A stretch of DNA of 64,000 bases from Paraphysomonas bandaiensis (taxonomy: Eukaryota > Protista > Chrysophyceae), in the NCBI GenBank assembly GCA_965644295.1, contig CBFFRP010000309.1, positions 1 to 64,000 on the forward strand, read 5' to 3'. Within the stretch, counting starts at the first letter, position 1. Each line of letters opens with the position of its first letter. Shown one piece after another: positions 25,540 to 38,889 of this stretch. A model generated the notes under the pieces. That model saw only the letters and a program-made list of their open reading frames with translations, ran no database searches and had not been told where the DNA came from. Both the position numbers and the translations under genes were made by a program.

Positions 25540-28500
25540 ATGAAGAAAACATCAATCAACAGACAGTCATCAGAAGATCATGAGAAGAAGAGCCTCATAT
25601 ATAAACATACGGATCATATGGGACATAAGCGTCGATGGCTATCACAGTTACAACCAAAATTGATATACTCTGAAGAACAAAGTTTAGATAGAGCAAATAC
25701 TGGAGGGCCTGTTGACAGTTTGTCAGGAACTGATGACTTTTTTAGCAGTAGCGAATTCTCGAATGACACTCTGCAGATATTGTCGTCGTCATCTCAATCA
25801 CCACATTCATCTTTTAGGTATTGAAATCATATGAAGGATTGTTTCTAGATTTACGTTGCACTTTAGTAGGAGAAAATTCACTTTGTCGTGCTCCAGCTCA
25901 TTTTCGGGAAACGACTGCGAGGAAGATGTCCAAGACTGGCTTATGGAAGATTCCAATGTAGTTAGCGTTATATTTGGAGCCTTATAATTGTTTATTTCTT
26001 AGGGAAGAGGGTTGTATTCACTGTCGTCGCATACGACAGATGGTGGATCAAGTGTTCTTCAGCGGTCTAATAGTTCCAGCGTAGACAAGGAAGAGGGATA
26101 TGAAATACTCTCTCAATTGCGAGAAATGTCTGACCTCCAGTTCGATACATTAGAGTCTGCTGATCAACTCGAACTCGCGCAGTCTATAGAGGTAAAAACC
26201 CTGTATCCTGGAGACATCGTGGTTCATGAGGGAGACGATAATGATGGCGGATGCTTTTTCCTAATTCTTGGTCCTGAAAACGCACAAGTTGAGGTCGTGC
26301 GCACGGTCAATGGTATGTGTATCCCTCTAACGACTTTCGAAAGATCATCCGTGAATATAGGGTCCGAAGAATTTTTAACTCGACTTGGACGAGGCCAGTA
26401 TTTTGGACAAAAATATTTCATGTCGAACCGAGTGGTGAGATTACTCTCTACAACTGTTTGATTTATGTGGGTGAATTTGATTTTCCAGGTGCGGCGTAAT
26501 GCCTCAGTCCGAGTTGTAACTGAGACAATCCTTGGTTGCGTTGCACCGGAACACTTTTATTTATGGCACAAATTTCGAGCCTTCCTTCTTATGAAGGCTG
26601 TGCCGCTGATCCGTACTCTCCCACAGAGCGACCAGCTGGAGATGTATTCCCTTTTGCAACACCAGGAATTCCAAGACGGGGATTATATTATTCGACAAGG
26701 AGATGTTGGAGATAAATTTTACATTATCATCGAGGGAGCGGCAGATATCATTGAGGAATCCTGGGACGGAATCAAAATGCGGTGCGATGTGCTCACTCGC
26801 CTCTATGAGGGTCACTTCTTTGGGGAAATGGCCATCATATACGACGAACCGAGGTATTGTACCAAACCTGGAGTTTTCTGTTCTTAAAACTGTGTGCGTA
26901 GAGTTGCGAGTGTAGTAGCTGTAGGGAGAACGGCGTGTCTTTACTTATCGAAAGCGGCATTCCGAGATGCATTAACGACTCAGCAATTCCATAACATGAT
27001 GCAGGTGTTTTTCTTTTACTATATCTTCGGATATTATTGTAATGTCGTGTTATGTTAAGAACGTGGCATACGAAAGGACTCTTGTCAGAGAGCGACGTGA
27101 AAAAACATACAATGCTAAGATGCTGAACCTCGAGTATTCGTCGACCTCAAACAGCATGAGCAATGACTTGGGTGACGTAACTTCCCCGCCAAAGTAAGAA
27201 CATACGTTTTAATAACCAGCTTCTAATTTTTGGAAAACAGAAACTTTACTACCAGATCGTAAGTATACAATGAAAAATACGTTTGCACTTAAACTTTACG
27301 AATGTGTAGGCGCCGATTAAGTGACAGTCCTGCATCTTATTCATCTCGCCGGTGAGTCTTGTTGTGCCGTCGAACACGCTAAATCATCCATTATTATTGT
27401 TAGCATCTCCGACCGCTCCGACATCAGCGATACCAGTGATTCTCAGACAGTGGTGACTACTACTAGTGTTCTTGTACGCAAGCAGCTCTCCACTGGCGAT
27501 CGGTAAAGCGCAGCTTATAATTTCGTTAATAGTTTCATATAATGTACAGTTTTATCAACAAATACCTCGTGTTGCGCGAACTTGGTCGTGGGTCATTCGG
27601 TGGGGTTTATCTCTGTCGACATGAGGAAACAGATAAACTCTACGCAATGAAAATGGTCTCAAAGTGAGTTGCCTTAATTCCTTTTTATATTGTTAATCAG
27701 ATATCAGGTCAGCACATAAGTGGAACATGCACTTAACGAATGAGATTAAAAAAGAGATTGCTATTATGAAAAATTTGCGCCACCCAAATGTTGTTAGCCT
27801 ATTAGAAGTCATTGATGACCCGTCGGCTAAGCAAGTATACTTGATACAGGTGAGATTGCTGATTAAAACTAATAAATTAAAATATGGGAAATGCGACAGG
27901 AGTATATGGAAGGTGGCCCTTTGCTTCCAGGAGAGCAGGTTGTGAGTGACCCATTACCACCGGAGAAGGTGTGGCTTTACTTCAGAGATATGCTACGTGG
28001 GGTCAGCTACTTACATTCCCAGGTTGATTTTGTTTTTCTGTGTTTCTTCATTTATAATGATACTCGCATAGGGGGTTGTTCATAGAGATCTGAAGCCTCA
28101 GAATATGTTACGATCTGCAGATGATAAGGTGAAATTTTAAACTGATATTTTTGGATAAGGGAGTTGAACAAGCTGTACATTGTAGATTGTAAAAATAGCC
28201 GATTTTGGGGCTGCTGTATTGACCAGCGGTGGTGCCAAGTTGGCTGCTGGTGGAACACCCGCATTCATGGCTCCAGAGCTTTTCAAAGTGGGCCTTTCGG
28301 GTGGGAAGAATAATAACGCGAACTCACCATTGGTAAGTTGTTTCTTTTGTGTTGATATATATTCAATTCACCACTCTGCAGGTTGATGTATGGGGACTTG
28401 GTGCAACGCTTTATAACATGGTGTTTGGGAGACCACCATGGATAGCCCAAAATCAAATCCAGTTAGCGGAAATGGTTCAGAATATAGAGCTTAGATTTCC

Positions 28501-31500
28501 GGAAGATCAAGAGTTCGATATTGATCCCCATTTGAGAAATCTGTTAAAACGCATGCTTGAGAAGGATCCAAAAACACGAATAACCATGGTAACTGTTCGT
28601 GTAAGAAGAAATATGTGTTATGAATGCTGTTAGGCGGAAGTGCAATGGCATGAGTGGGTGACGATCGAAGGTACCCAGCCGATTGATGACGAAGACATTG
28701 ATGTTGCAACGTATGATGCACGAGATCGAGTATCCGAAGTGCTTATTCACGAGGCGATTCCGGAATACATAGGTTCATAATCAGTAACGTTTTTTCTTCG
28801 TGGGTAAGCTTTTTCAGGTGCGGTTCCTATAAGACGTCTGTCGGGGCCTTATGCCACAGTTGGGGACCTCGATATTTGTAGAGGCATCATTAGCCCAGGG
28901 TCTAAAGTAATGACACTAATATTTAAAATATCATGCTGAAAGTTTTTCTATACAGGCTGCACGAGTCAAGAATACCAGTGGTGTTGTATTTGATGCATTG
29001 GTATTATTGATATATGAGCAACAGTGCTACTGCTGATATTTTTTTCCTGCTGTCTTGATTGTAGAACGACAGTGCCGACGTGGACGAAACTTCACCAAGC
29101 TGGCGATCATTAAGAAATGCTGGCAGCCCCTTCTTCCTGGTTAGCCTCGTCATTATATGTCGCGAATTTCTGTAATTGATTCGTACAATGTAGCCTTCAA
29201 GCGATAGTCACAGACGAAGCACAGATTCGTCTATTACCTCGTCCTCCACGATTTGTTCAAGATCGGGATCCCCGGCCTCACGCAGTGCTGTTCTGGACGC
29301 TTTGGATCACGAAAGCGATGATGGTGAAAATGAATGTTTATCGTAAGTCGTGCTATGTGTTGCGACGATTATAGCTTTCTCATTGACCTGCAGAGAAAAC
29401 TCTAAGCGGTTATCTTATACTAAACATCAAGAATTTGTTGCTCGTCCAACTGAAATGGTACTCCCTGAATCTGGAGAAGTCTGGAAAGGAGTCATTATTA
29501 CCAACGCCAAGAATCGTAACGATAACATGTTGAGTGGTTTTAATTGGACGTCTCAAAATGTGAAATCGGATAAGCGGAAGGCTTTCAGAAGGTTTGCTGA
29601 AAAACGTTTTATGAGATTGATATATGACGATGGGTTGAATAGGTTTAATACTTACTCTTACTCTTCAGATGCTAATGATTCGGATAACGACGACAGGTAA
29701 GTACCATGACGGTATGTTTTTAATGTGATAACATTTATATCATAGTCGATCATTGAGAGACTGGAAAGCTCGGTCTATGGATAAGCAATTATCGCGAGGA
29801 AGTAGTGATAGTAACGCAGAGTCTGATGCATCGGACAGATCCAGGAAGAGCAAAAGCACGTCCAATGTGGTAAGAGGTCTAATAGGGCATGCCAATGCTT
29901 CACAGTTCTGATATAGAAAGTTTCAATCCTTCCGACATCCTCACAAAGGAATCCTCAGTTGTCTGTTCAAGTCTCCACGCCCTTATCAGAACAGAAATTG
30001 AAAAAAGATATGAACTCTGCATCAGAAGAAGACTCTGACTCAGATGAGGAGCAATTGCTTGAGGTTGTTGTTAGGGGGCAATCATGTAAATATTCTCCAA
30101 CCGGCTCGACTACACGATATACAACTAACTCAAAACAACTATCTGAGCTCTGCGATTATGTATCTGATGATGAGGTTGGAACCTTTGGAATGTTACGAAA
30201 TGAATATCTCTTTATACTTAATGGTAGATTATTGAGCTTGATAACGACGGCCTGGATGATATGCTTGACTCTCTGTGTCAACCTACTCAATCTATGCATC
30301 GTGATGTCCAAATGCTTCCGCTTACACTTGACAGAAGAGGACAGGACTCGTTGTTTTACATAAAGACATGGGCAGGACAATCCAATCTCCGCGTAGGAGT
30401 CCGGTATGTTGTTGTTTTTACTTTCTTTTGAAATTCATACTTCTTGCAGATACGGTGTCGCTGAAATTATTAATGGGCGGGATGATATGGAAGACCGTAC
30501 AACTGCGAAAGCGAGTATTGAAGAAGAAGCGAGTAGGCAGAAAGTGCGGGTGCTCAGTGGTGCTGCACCAAATTCTTCCTTTAATATGGATGTATGTATA
30601 CTGTCGAGTTTCTGTGAGTTAATATGTGTGCTTTATGTTTAGTATCTTGAGAAGGGACATACTGAAGACTTTGCGTTCTTTGGTATATATGATGGTCACG
30701 AAGGGTCTTACGTATCAGAGTATTTGCAACAAAACCTTCACATTCGCTTTCGACAGCGTCTTGCAGTAAATGGACCAATTAGGAACAGCGCGGTTTTGAG
30801 CTTCATGGAAGCTTGCTCCCTCATTGACGACGAAGTCCTCTCGGCTGATTTCGAGAGAATGAGGGTTGCCAAGGAAGCCAGAGCATCGATGTCGATTAAT
30901 AGAGATGCCTTACAAGTGAATGATAGTAATCAAACACAACTCCCACCCCCCCTATCAGAACGTAGTCGAGAAGAACGAGTAATGATTTCCATTAATCAGT
31001 TCGTGTTTTAATTGTGCTCTGTAGCTTTCATCGTTAGTATGCACTAGTCCAGGGGGAACGAAGACTGCAAAGAAAATGCTGAGCTCTTTGGTGCGAGAGA
31101 GTGGAATGCAGAGCTTTGCAGGTGTGCGTATGGTGTATAGTATTGTACTACTTGTGTTTGTTGAACCACTGACCAGGAAGCACTGCAATTGTCGCCATAC
31201 TTTTCGGTGGTTGGCCATATGAAATGCCAACGAACTCGAAACAAAGTAGTCCTAGGAGCTCTAATACGCCATCGTCATCTGTGTCTCCTCCTAGACGTTT
31301 GTCCACTAAATCTAGTAGGAGTACGCTCACGAGTATGAGCTCTTCGACCCACTCTCTTATTCACGGTGACACTGTCATGCCTTCTCAGGCAGAGCATGAT
31401 TCTGCTAAAGAAAACACAACTGGTATTATTTTGCATTTTCTATCAATTTACTCAATAGTTTACAGATGGTACTGAAGAGAGAAATATAGAAACTCTGCCA

Positions 31501-32653
31501 ATCGAAGAAAGTGGAACTTCTCGAATCACTAATGAAAGTACTGGACTACGCCCGCCCGTGAAGCTGTTAATTGCCCACGTCGGAGACTGTAGGGCCGTAC
31601 TCAGTGAGAGTGGGGTAGGTACTTGCCAATTGAGATAAATACATTTAACATGTTTGAATTGAAAATAATTTCAGATAGCTGTTCAACTAACAATGGATCA
31701 TGTACCGACAAACCCAGTGGAAACTAGCCGTATTGAGTGTGCTGGGGGTTGGGTTCAAAATGGAAGAGTCAATGGTGTGCTTGGTGTGTCAAGATCATTC
31801 GGGGACATCATGTTCAAGTCTTATGATCCAAAAGAAAATAAAAATCCTATCATTGACGGAGACATGGGTGATGTGTGGCGTTCTACGAATCAAGTTATTT
31901 CCTTGCCCGAGGTCTGTACTTGTATTTCGTTGTATTTTAGCCAATCATTTTCTTACTCTGCATTTACAGACTTTGGAAATAGTTGTACACCCTACATATG
32001 AGTTCTTGATTCTTGCTTCAGATGGTCTGTGGGAGAAATGTTCATGTGTTGAGGCTGTGAACTTCATAAGGTACTAGGTTTCTTGCTGTGGCACCTGTCA
32101 TAACGAGGTTACATAGGCGCCGCTTGTTCGAGCATGGTGATGCTCAACGGGCAGCGCAAGAAATGGTTGGAAAAGTATGAATGGATTCACGATATGATAC
32201 AATTGCGGAGTAATAGTTTTGTTTTCTCATGTAGGTTGAAAGTCAGGGGGGCTCGGATAACACCAGTGTACTTGTTATATGCCTCAATCAGGTTTATATG
32301 AAACTACTTTTTTATTACTATCTTAGCAACTGCATATTGTTACATAGCTGTCACGAAATTTATCCCCTGGGAGGGCTATTCGACCCCTAAGACGAATTGT
32401 TAGTTCAGTGTCGGAGACCTCCAGCTCTCCGAGAGAAGGTTAGCTATGTGTGTTTCAAACCTTGATAAATATGCTTTTAGATTCTCTTTCTACAAATACG
32501 AATTACTCTGGTGAAAGTATCCATGGCTTAAGCGGCTCTCGAAGTTGGACGGGAAGACCATTAGGTCATTACAACAACGACAGCCGTAACCATAGCTTTC
32601 GAGCTGCTAACATCAATTTCTCGTTGGTCAATACCGAGGACCCTATAAGTTAG
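25540..32653 (+). CDS. Single multi-exon gene: 2x cyclic-nucleotide-binding domains, CaMKK-like Ser/Thr kinase, Ser-rich linker, PP2C phosphatase
   Basis: cNMP: GQYFGQ..RRNASV and IIRQGDVGDKFYII..GHFFGEMAIIYDEPRVASV. Kinase: LGRGSFGGV, YAMK, HPNVVSLLEVIDDP, HRDLKPQN, KIADFG, GTPAFMAPE, DVWGLG. PP2C: RDDMED, YDGH, AGSTA, HVGDCRAVL, VSRSFGD, ILASDGLW, GGSDN. Exons between domains hand-spliced in frame. Confidence 0.88.
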
Positions 32654-33842
32654 AGATTCGATATGTATCTTTAATATAGTACAGACAGTAAATATCTGCC
32701 TGTAAGAGACAATATTACCAAGTGAAGTATGTGATTTGGTTTTATCTACCCAACGTGGTGAGTAGTGTTGCTCATAAGAACGATACATCATGACGTCAAC
32801 TGAAATGGTATGAAGACGATCTATTATTATATATATCAAATATGTACCGAGAATTATTAATATTGCTCATTTATAGATAGGCTATGAATAGGTGTGTAGT
32901 ATTCGTTCGCGATTTGCACTTACTATTGTTGAATGTGGATACATGTGTCTTTTCTATAATAGTAGCTGACTTGATGGTCGAAGGTGAATTGTACGTTGTC
33001 ATTTTCATCTAAAATAACAGTATGTTTATCGAAAGTTTAGTATGTAATACTTTTGAGGTGCGTACACAAACACATGAATCGATACATTTCCCAATCAACT
33101 TATTATTATTAGTCAGTTCAATCGATTTATCTTAACGTCCAAGTAATATATTTCTATTGCCAATTCAATTCATTTCTCCACTATAGCTGATAGTTATCTG
33201 CATCTACTATGGATCAAAAGCTCGTTTAGTTCTCAGTGACTCTTCATCTGAACAAGAAGTACTGTGTACTATGTATATATATGAGGACAGCTTCAAAGTA
33301 ACTGTAATATCAGGAACTCAATGGTGATATCATTACCTGCTCATTGATCCACTGATGTGGTTGGTTATGTCAGCTGTCTGTTAGTCGATACGTGTAGTTA
33401 AACATCAGTTTCATATAGGATATCATGTTCGTTCTGTGTAATGGATGCATAGGATGTCAACTGCTGTGTATATCCATATCCATCCATATATCTATGTATC
33501 TATGTATCTATGTATCTATGTATTTCTATGTATGATGTAGTTGTCTGGTGGGACGATCATACGTAAGTTATAGATATGTACTGTAATACTATGTACCAGT
33601 GTAGTGTGTGATGTGATACAATACGGCAGTGTGTCTACTGCTGTACGGTGATATGATATGCGGTATGATATACAGCAGTACAGTATGTGGTATGACATAG
33701 TGTACAGCAGTACTGCTGTACTTGATCACTGCAGTATACTGCTGTATATAAGTACTCCTACCTCCAGGATTCCTAGTTGACTGTATGTCGAGTATCTTGC
33801 CATACCATACATACATACCTGACCACAATCCACATACTCACA

Positions 33843-36061
33843 ATGATATCCACAATCATACTCTACGTCACCCCTCTATTCCTCCTCACCTCACAAGCCT
33901 CCCTCCCTCCATGGATCTCCAAATCCCCCCCTCTACCTGGCGATCCAATAGACAGCTTCACTATACCACTCCACAACCCCTCAATACACACATATACACA
34001 TACAACAACACACATACATACATATACAAGATACAAAGGATCAGGAAGACCACTCCTTTCACTCTCTCTTACCTCCGATCCCTTCCTTATCAACATGATT
34101 CATCACAACATCAAACAATTCATACAAACCACTGAACGACTCTGTCATTTAATGGATTTCATGTTCTTCAGACACACATCAAACTCATCATTTGATATCA
34201 TTCATGAGATAACTGACACATATCAATTGCCGAATTGTATTTATTTTGCTGACAAATCAGTGGAAGAACTTGTTCTAGAAGGAAATGCGTTTGCTAAGAT
34301 GTTTTCAAGTTGGCCATCTCCTCATATGACTCTTGTGTCTGATGAGGACACATTTGAACGTCTAGATGCACACTATGAGTGCTGGTCTTGGCCAGGAGAA
34401 GAAGAAAATGCAACTCTTCGATGGGGTGGATCGGCTTGTGACACGATCTCTATTCCCAACGCTGACTTTGTCTTAATGAGTGCTGATTCATGTCCCTATC
34501 AAGTGGCACTCGAAAATGTGGCAGCCAGTGGCATAGCACGTGGAGTGGTATTGGTAGCCCGTGAAGGTGATCGTTTGGAAGCTACAAGTACTCTGGTGGA
34601 ATGCAACGATGTATTTGGTGTAAACCCTTTAATCGGGACCATGGTACACTACAGTGCAGGCGAGCGGTTGCGAAAACGTATTATACGGTCACCTACGGAC
34701 GAAATTAATATCACGTTTACATACTCTTCATGGCCAGGATTATTTGCAGCTGTGGATGTAGACGGCAACGCTTTTGATATTGGTTGGGAAAAGTATCCTA
34801 CTCTTCAGATGCTGTCTTGGGCAGGGGATTGGCAGGCACACATCGCAGCTGTCCGAGAAACGCAGCACAGTGTCTTTGCTATTGGTGAAACTTACACAGT
34901 TTTCAATAACACCTTGTTGGCTTCTGATTCCACAGTAGAAATTCAGTTGCCGTCTTGGAAGGCTCTACGAGATGAAGGAACAACGGGTATGTACGTAGCG
35001 ATGCGTCTAAAGTGTGTTAACTCGTCGGACGGGAGCGGGGATGAGTTGTGTGGAGAATGGGATAGAGTACTGACGGTTGACATGTCCTGCGAAGGAGATT
35101 ATTTTTCGAATACTGAAGAGCCCGGTGGAAGTGTTAATGAATTACAGGTAGGATAAATGTATAATTTTGTTATTTTATAATGCGGTGTTGCCAGCGTTGG
35201 GTTACTCCGTTTCGACGAGCTATTGGTGAGTGGGTAACAGATATAACCCCTCTTTCTCCTCGTCTGGGTACAGGGGATTGTACTTTTACAGCGTCCGTTG
35301 GTGGAGAGCAGTGGGTTATCTCTCTGACTCTCCATGCGATCTCTTCTGATGCAAAGGATTCACTTGTTCCAGTGTCTGTCACCCCTATTGTTTACCCTAA
35401 TATGCAAACTACATTCAATTCAACCTACAATGAGGGTCGCACATTCGATTTCACAGCACCTGTTGAATACGAGGTATGTGCTATTCCATTGCTCACGTGC
35501 ATTATATATACGACTCATGCACAGGAAACACACCTTTCATAGGTTACTTGAGCCTTTATATATAATATCGTATTCGAATGATGTATGTTACAGAGAGCAA
35601 TTATACGTGCATTGATAACTGGTCACGGGTCCGACCCACCACCCCCAGTTTCCCAGGGTTGCGAGTACGCGCCCACTTCCCATCACTGGACAATCACTTC
35701 TGCTTCGACTACTTGTGAGAGGGCTCCGCAGTTCTCGTTCAACTCGAGCGATATTGCCTACGCGCAGTACATGCTGGCTGGATCTGCGATGAGTTGTGCA
35801 GATCAAGTAATTAATGGAGAGATTCCAAATGGTCATGGTGATTGGTACAATGGAAGGAATGGCTGGTGTCCTGGTCAGGTTGTTCACCCAGTCGTATTTG
35901 ATGTATCCGATGCGTTTAGAAATATTACGGAATACTGTGGATCTTCGCAATTGAAGATTACCTATAATGCTATTGCATATTACGTAGGTGGATCGTCTGC
36001 TTATGATGGTGGTTGTGGTGGTACTATATTGATGTCTTCGTTTTTATCGTATTACACTTGA
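33843..36061 (+). CDS. Secreted PA-domain + peptide-N-glycosidase F-like protein
   Basis: Signal peptide MISTIILYVTPLFLLTSQA; PA-like LMSADSCPYQVALENVAASGIARGVVLV; PNGase F-type CGEWDR, ELQ|RWVTPFRR, ITGHG, CEYAPTSH, GDWYNGRNGWCPGQVV. Confidence 0.8.
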
Positions 36062-36490
36062 ATGAGTGTATAATGGCAAATGGCAATTGACCCGTTATAT
36101 GTGATAAATGTATATCTTGTTTATAAATGGTTAGTACAATTTTCAGTAGCTGCGAAAAATTGCTATGGTTTCACTAATAATTATGTCAATACTGATAGCA
36201 ATTACGAGGTACGAGGTAAGCAAATTATAGGACATCGTTAGTGGAATGTAAAGTAGTGCGTAATTCGTAATTCCTATGTAACTGATGCATTAATCTTATC
36301 TGATAAATAATAGCTATATCGCAATAATACCAGATAAGAAACAAAATGCAAAGAGTTTGAAGTAGGACACAGCAATAGGGACATATCACTTGAGTAAGGT
36401 ATCAAGCAAAAACTAGAATAGAAAATAATCTATAAAAATGTTTAAGCTAACCTGTTGACCATACTTTCTCTAACTTCCAACCTACTGAAA

Positions 36491-38077
36491 CTAAGGGTCT
36501 CCTCCAGGAGCCACGAGAAGCTTTGAAAAAGCCTCTAACGCAGGAGTACCTCGAATCTACAATGCACAAAAACACTTATTCTTGACGAAGTGAAAGCTAC
36601 AGAACACATACCTCATTGTCTAGAAGTGGCATTAGCACTACGTGGAAGTCATCATATAGCTCAAATATCTGCGATATGTATCTATCCTGCATTCTTTTTC
36701 GTGCTATGCTTTTATTGATAATCTCTTGAGCCTCTCCCGGCAAATTATCACGATTCGAAGAGTACCATTCTTCTATATCTTCCACATCCTGAATAGCCCA
36801 AAACTATTATGCAAGAACAATACTCATCTAGTCATGACGAAACGAAGCTAAGGTCATGCATACATGCAGGGCGCCAATTCATATAAGTTGGTTACCTTCT
36901 CCGGAAACAGTACTTGGTTGACAACAACGTTATGGGCATCTATATCTGACTTGGCAAGCTCCTGGACAAGTCGCTCGGTCTCGTAGATAGAAAGGAACTC
37001 CGGAATGCACACGCAAACGAAAGTTGTAAGGTCGGGATTCTTGATCTGGTTATGAACCTGACACAACCGCAGAAACATTAGCATTCGCTCATATAAAAAT
37101 GACCACGACGCTCAGTGCTATGACACTACTAAGTTAAGTGCTGCAAACCACTTACTCTCCCGATAAGTGTGCGAAGCTCCTCTAGTTTACCGAGCATTGC
37201 ATCAATTCCCTGAGTACCCTGGGGTCCCAGAAGTGCTGACATCTGGGTAAGCATCCCAGAGAACCGATTCTAACAGCCATAACACAATTAAAGCAGACTG
37301 TATATAAAGAATCAGATATCACCTTCAGCGCAAGGAGTTTGTCAATAGCGGTCTCCATAGTGCTCGGAAAGCTAAGCAGTCTGAGAGTGTGACCTGTTGG
37401 AGCTGTGTCGAACACCACGGTCTCATAGTTCATATCTTGAACCTGCGCAATAAATGAGTTTAATATCACTATAATGCAAAGTTAGACGAACCATTTTCAT
37501 AAGCTCGCCGAATGCCATAGCCTCATCAATACCAGGAACAGATTTCATTAAGTCTTTCATAATGCCTCCAACTCCACCTTCTAATGATGAAAACATATCA
37601 TCAGGTGTTGATGTGCTTTCCATCTCCTCAAACTGACTGGAACTAGAGTCCACTTCCATGCAGTAAAGATTATCAAATCCATTCACTTTATTTGGAGTAC
37701 TGTCAAATTTTTGTCCGAATGCATCACTTAAATTATGAGCCGGATCAGTGGAGACTATCAGAACATTGCGTCGTACTTTAGATAGTTGAACAGATAAGCA
37801 GCAAGAAGTGGTTGTTTTACTGTAATAAGAAGTAAGAAGAGAAGTATGTATGTATGTATGTATGTATGTATATGTATATGAGTGTATGTGTACATGCATA
37901 TACGTAAGTGTATGTATATATGAGTGTGTATATATATGAGTCTCTATATGTATGTATGTATGTATGTGTGGGAGGGAGTGTGTATTACCCGACACCGCCT
38001 TTACCGCCTACGAATATCCAACTCAACGATCTCTGATCGATAATGTTTCTCAAACTCGGTTCCAGTTCATCTGACAT
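36491..38077 (-). CDS. ASNA1: GET3/ASNA1 (ArsA family) tail-anchored protein targeting ATPase
   Basis: [11 protein letters not shown]|[76 protein letters not shown]. Confidence 0.97.
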
Positions 38078-38241
38078 GATAGCAATCGTCCAAGTTGCTG
38101 GTAAGTGTATAGGGTTAGTAATATCACAGCCGTGGTGTTAATGTATGGTGGGAGTTATATAAGCAGTTTACCTCACTTACAATTTCATAAAAACTATAGT
38201 ATTTATATATACTAAATTTTAGATGAAATTGTATCAATAAA

Positions 38242-38319
38242 GACTGGATGGCCGAGTGGTCTAAGGCGCCAGTTTAAGGCACTGGTCTTCGGGCGTGGGT
38301 TCGAATCCCACTTCAGTCA
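38242..38319 (+). tRNA. trnL-AAG: tRNA-Leu(AAG)
   Basis: Acceptor GACTGGA/TTCAGTC-A, D arm GCCGAGTGGTCTAAGGC, anticodon arm CCAGT-TTAAGGC-ACTGG, T arm GTGGG-TTCGAAT-CCCAC, downstream T run. Confidence 0.96.
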
Positions 38320-38442
38320 TATATTTTTGTCTAAATCACTGCATTTTTATCAAAATCGTGGATTTTATACAACTACAAATTCCATATTTTGAAAAACTGG
38401 AATATCCAATATATAAAAACTTCTGTTGTGCAAAAAAGGGTA

Positions 38443-38520
38443 TGACTGAAGTGGGATTCGAACCCACGCCCGAAGACCAGTGCCTTAAACTGGCGCCTTA
38501 GACCACTCGGCCATCCAGTC
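38443..38520 (-). tRNA. trnL-AAG: tRNA-Leu(AAG), identical copy
   Basis: Exact reverse complement of 38242-38319. Confidence 0.96.
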
Positions 38521-38679
38521 CTGAATGTGATCTCACCTTAAGAAATTAAGGATATATAAATATAGTTCTTTTATAATAGTCATCCTATATGCCAAGATTT
38601 TTCTGTTAAAATATTGGAATTTGTAATAGCATAAATCTACGATTTTGGTATAAATGCAGTTATTTAGACAAAAAATATA

Positions 38680-38757
38680 TGACTGAAGTGGGATTCGAAC
38701 CCACGCCCGAAGACCAGTGCCTTAAACTGGCGCCTTAGACCACTCGGCCATCCAGTC
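38680..38757 (-). tRNA. trnL-AAG: tRNA-Leu(AAG), identical copy
   Basis: Exact reverse complement of 38242-38319. Confidence 0.96.
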
Positions 38758-38889
38758 TTTAATGTACTATCACCTATTGAAAAATACATTATATATATGA
38801 ATTACGTAGTAGAGTATGATTCCAGTCTTAAGGTCCAACACATGCATTCATTTAATTCAAGGTTGTGTCATACATTAAGAGGAGGATAA

